Positions 62,260 to 64,000 of a stretch of 64,000 nucleotides of DNA are shown in pieces. Below the pieces are notes generated by a model. The model saw only the letters and a program-made list of their open reading frames with translations, was not told the origin of the DNA and did no database searches. Both the position numbers and the translations under genes were made by a program. The DNA lies in NCBI GenBank assembly GCA_000165345.1, contig CM000434.1, positions 832,001-896,000 on the forward strand. The letters are read 5' to 3'. Position 1 is the first letter of the stretch; every line of letters begins with the position of its first letter.

Positions 62260-64000
62260 ATGGACTTCGTAGTAAAATTACCAGTTGAATTGGATGCAGA
62301 TGAGTCTCTTGTGAACAATAGGAAAAAGTTATTGGAGGAATGGGGATTGCCAGGAACATACGTAACTCTATGGTTAAAGGAGGAATTGGGAGAGGACTTG
62401 AAAACTCAAGATAATTTAAAGAAAATCTTTGAGAAGCTAGTCAAGTTAATTCATTCTATGTATATTTCAAGCATGACATTTAAAGATACATATTTAGCAT
62501 TAGCATATAGTAGAGATGAGTACATTTCAAAATTCAATTCAGGAAAGTTTCAGGTTGATTCTCCAGAGTCTTTATTTGAGATTTACACTCATAAGATTAC
62601 TAATATTCCATCTTATAACCCCATTGTAATGATTAAGGCACTACTTGTTCTGAAAAGCATAATTAAGGATGAAATTTCCCAAGTTACCCAAAATGCTGAG
62701 AACTCTAATTTTCATATGGATAACTATCAATATCTATTAAACCAGTGCCTTTCCTTTGTTATGTCATCCTTAGAAAATATTTGCAAACCTTCTCTACAAG
62801 ATGTTTCCAATTTAGATATTGATGTTGATTCAACATATTTAGACGATATTATTCAAAGCCTTTCTGGGGGAGAACAAACAAAGTATCCTATTATACTTAG
62901 AAAACTCGGAGTAGGAACTCATCCTACTCATGGAAGAGGATTCTACTCTACAGAGAAAATTGAAGCTGATACAAATATTGTCGAAATTTCTTTGTATCAT
63001 GCACTTTCATTTTACAATGCAATTTACTCTGAAGATTTTGGATATATTGCAAGATTTCTATCTAACCCAACTCAGTACATTCTTGAAATGAAATCAATCA
63101 TCTCTGAAACTTCAAATTTATTCAATGACTCTAACCAAAACATTATGTATGAACCAATTGACAGCGACTCCATTCTACTTCTTTTTACTATATTTCAAGT
63201 TTTTCAAGGAGAAAAATCAAAGTGGAATAAAGTCATTTCTATGTGGCAAAATCCATTGCATGCATGCAACCAAAACATGTATATGGCGCCAAAAGAAGTT
63301 AGAGATTTCTTATCCCATGGTGGAAATGACTTTGGGAGTCGAATTTCTAATAGTATTGATGAACTTTATAGTTTAATCAAACATGTATATTTTCTTTTGG
63401 ATACCGTACAGGAAGAAGCAAAAAGGTTAAGTGAAAAGCTTGGAGATAAAAAATTATCAGAATCTATCCGGTTTTTCAAGGATTTGGATTATAAGGCCAT
63501 ATTCACATGGAAGAGATTTAACCAAATTAAGTACGTATTGGATACTAGATCATTCAGCATAAAGTGGTGGCCTTTAAACGAAAAATTCTATAAACATGAA
63601 AAGTTAGGAGATAAAAGTGGTTTAAAAATGGTTAATAACTTTTCTGACAATAGCAACAACCTTGAGCTCATTAGCATACCAGTTACAGATTTTTCCTTGA
63701 ATGGTGAATCTAAGAATTTGATATTGCCTGTACCTATTGATGGAATACGTACAATATTACCAGTTGCTGATATGTTTAATCATTCTCATTTGGCACAATG
63801 CTCGTCTCCATTATTGGACTTTGAGAATAATATGATTTCTATTAAGAATGAGGTAGAAATTCCAATTCATTCTGAGGTATATATTAGATATGGAATTTTA
63901 TCAAGTAGTGAATGCTTATTTGGATATGGTTTTATCCCTAAAACTGAGCCTGTTTCTGGTTTATTTGACACTTTAACATTAAACTTGGAGCCTGAAGATG
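62260..64000 (+). CDS. SET-domain protein-lysine methyltransferase (SETD6/RuBisCO-LSMT-like), 3'-truncated by the window edge
   Basis: The frame stays open from the ATG at 62260 to the end of the window, which is why it is missing from the ORF track. SET-type blocks are LRKLGVGTHPTHGRGFYSTEKIEADTNIVEISL, LPVADMFNHS and EVYIRYGILSSSECLFGYGFIP. Confidence 0.7.
   Translation, partial: MDFVVKLPVELDADESLVNNRKKLLEEWGLPGTYVTLWLKEELGEDLKTQDNLKKIFEKLVKLIHSMYISSMTFKDTYLALAYSRDEYISKFNSGKFQVDSPESLFEIYTHKITNIPSYNPIVMIKALLVLKSIIKDEISQVTQNAENSNFHMDNYQYLLNQCLSFVMSSLENICKPSLQDVSNLDIDVDSTYLDDIIQSLSGGEQTKYPIILRKLGVGTHPTHGRGFYSTEKIEADTNIVEISLYHALSFYNAIYSEDFGYIARFLSNPTQYILEMKSIISETSNLFNDSNQNIMYEPIDSDSILLLFTIFQVFQGEKSKWNKVISMWQNPLHACNQNMYMAPKEVRDFLSHGGNDFGSRISNSIDELYSLIKHVYFLLDTVQEEAKRLSEKLGDKKLSESIRFFKDLDYKAIFTWKRFNQIKYVLDTRSFSIKWWPLNEKFYKHEKLGDKSGLKMVNNFSDNSNNLELISIPVTDFSLNGESKNLILPVPIDGIRTILPVADMFNHSHLAQCSSPLLDFENNMISIKNEVEIPIHSEVYIRYGILSSSECLFGYGFIPKTEPVSGLFDTLTLNLEPED

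Noticed and set aside
63125-63376. 83-aa plus-strand ORF listed in the track
   Set aside because: It is out of frame with, and nested inside, the long open SET-domain reading frame that runs from 62260 to the window edge.

Overview
This window is AT-rich (roughly 30% GC by eye), gene-dense eukaryotic nuclear DNA, not prokaryotic. There are no operons, rRNA, CRISPR arrays, IS elements or transposon ends. The protein set is GAPDH next to hexokinase, then CFIm25, a pepsin-like protease and Rab1, together with SF-assemblin, mucin-like and PAN-domain giant proteins, an E2F-type GGCGCC promoter word and short GTAAGT introns. From memory this matches a Cryptosporidium (parvum/hominis-type) chromosome around the GAPDH/hexokinase locus. 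That assignment is recalled, not searched.

I call 29 protein-coding genes. Eight of them contain introns, 16 introns in total. Three genes are invisible or fragmented in the ORF track: TSR2, TRAPPC5 and RPS30. Five more needed upstream or downstream exons added. I also call 2 tRNA genes, Gln-UUG and Pro-CGG.

I did not find a convincing self-contained novel system in the sense of a gene cassette. The observations most worth a second look are:
- A recurrent composite intergenic motif module (CATGTGGACA / TGCATGCA / TACGTG / ATACCGGTAT, usually beside GGCGCC) is present in at least 11 intergenic regions, including one between two convergent 3' ends.
- A 17-nt element is shared at the same distance upstream of RPS30 and GAPDH.
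- Two tandem paralogues sit next to a 2330-aa neighbour, and all three place ankyrin-type repeats behind signal peptides.
- A 2269-aa secreted mucin/PAN protein carries a subtilisin-like domain whose catalytic Ser position reads Gly.

All functional calls are by-eye motif recognition. No database search was run.
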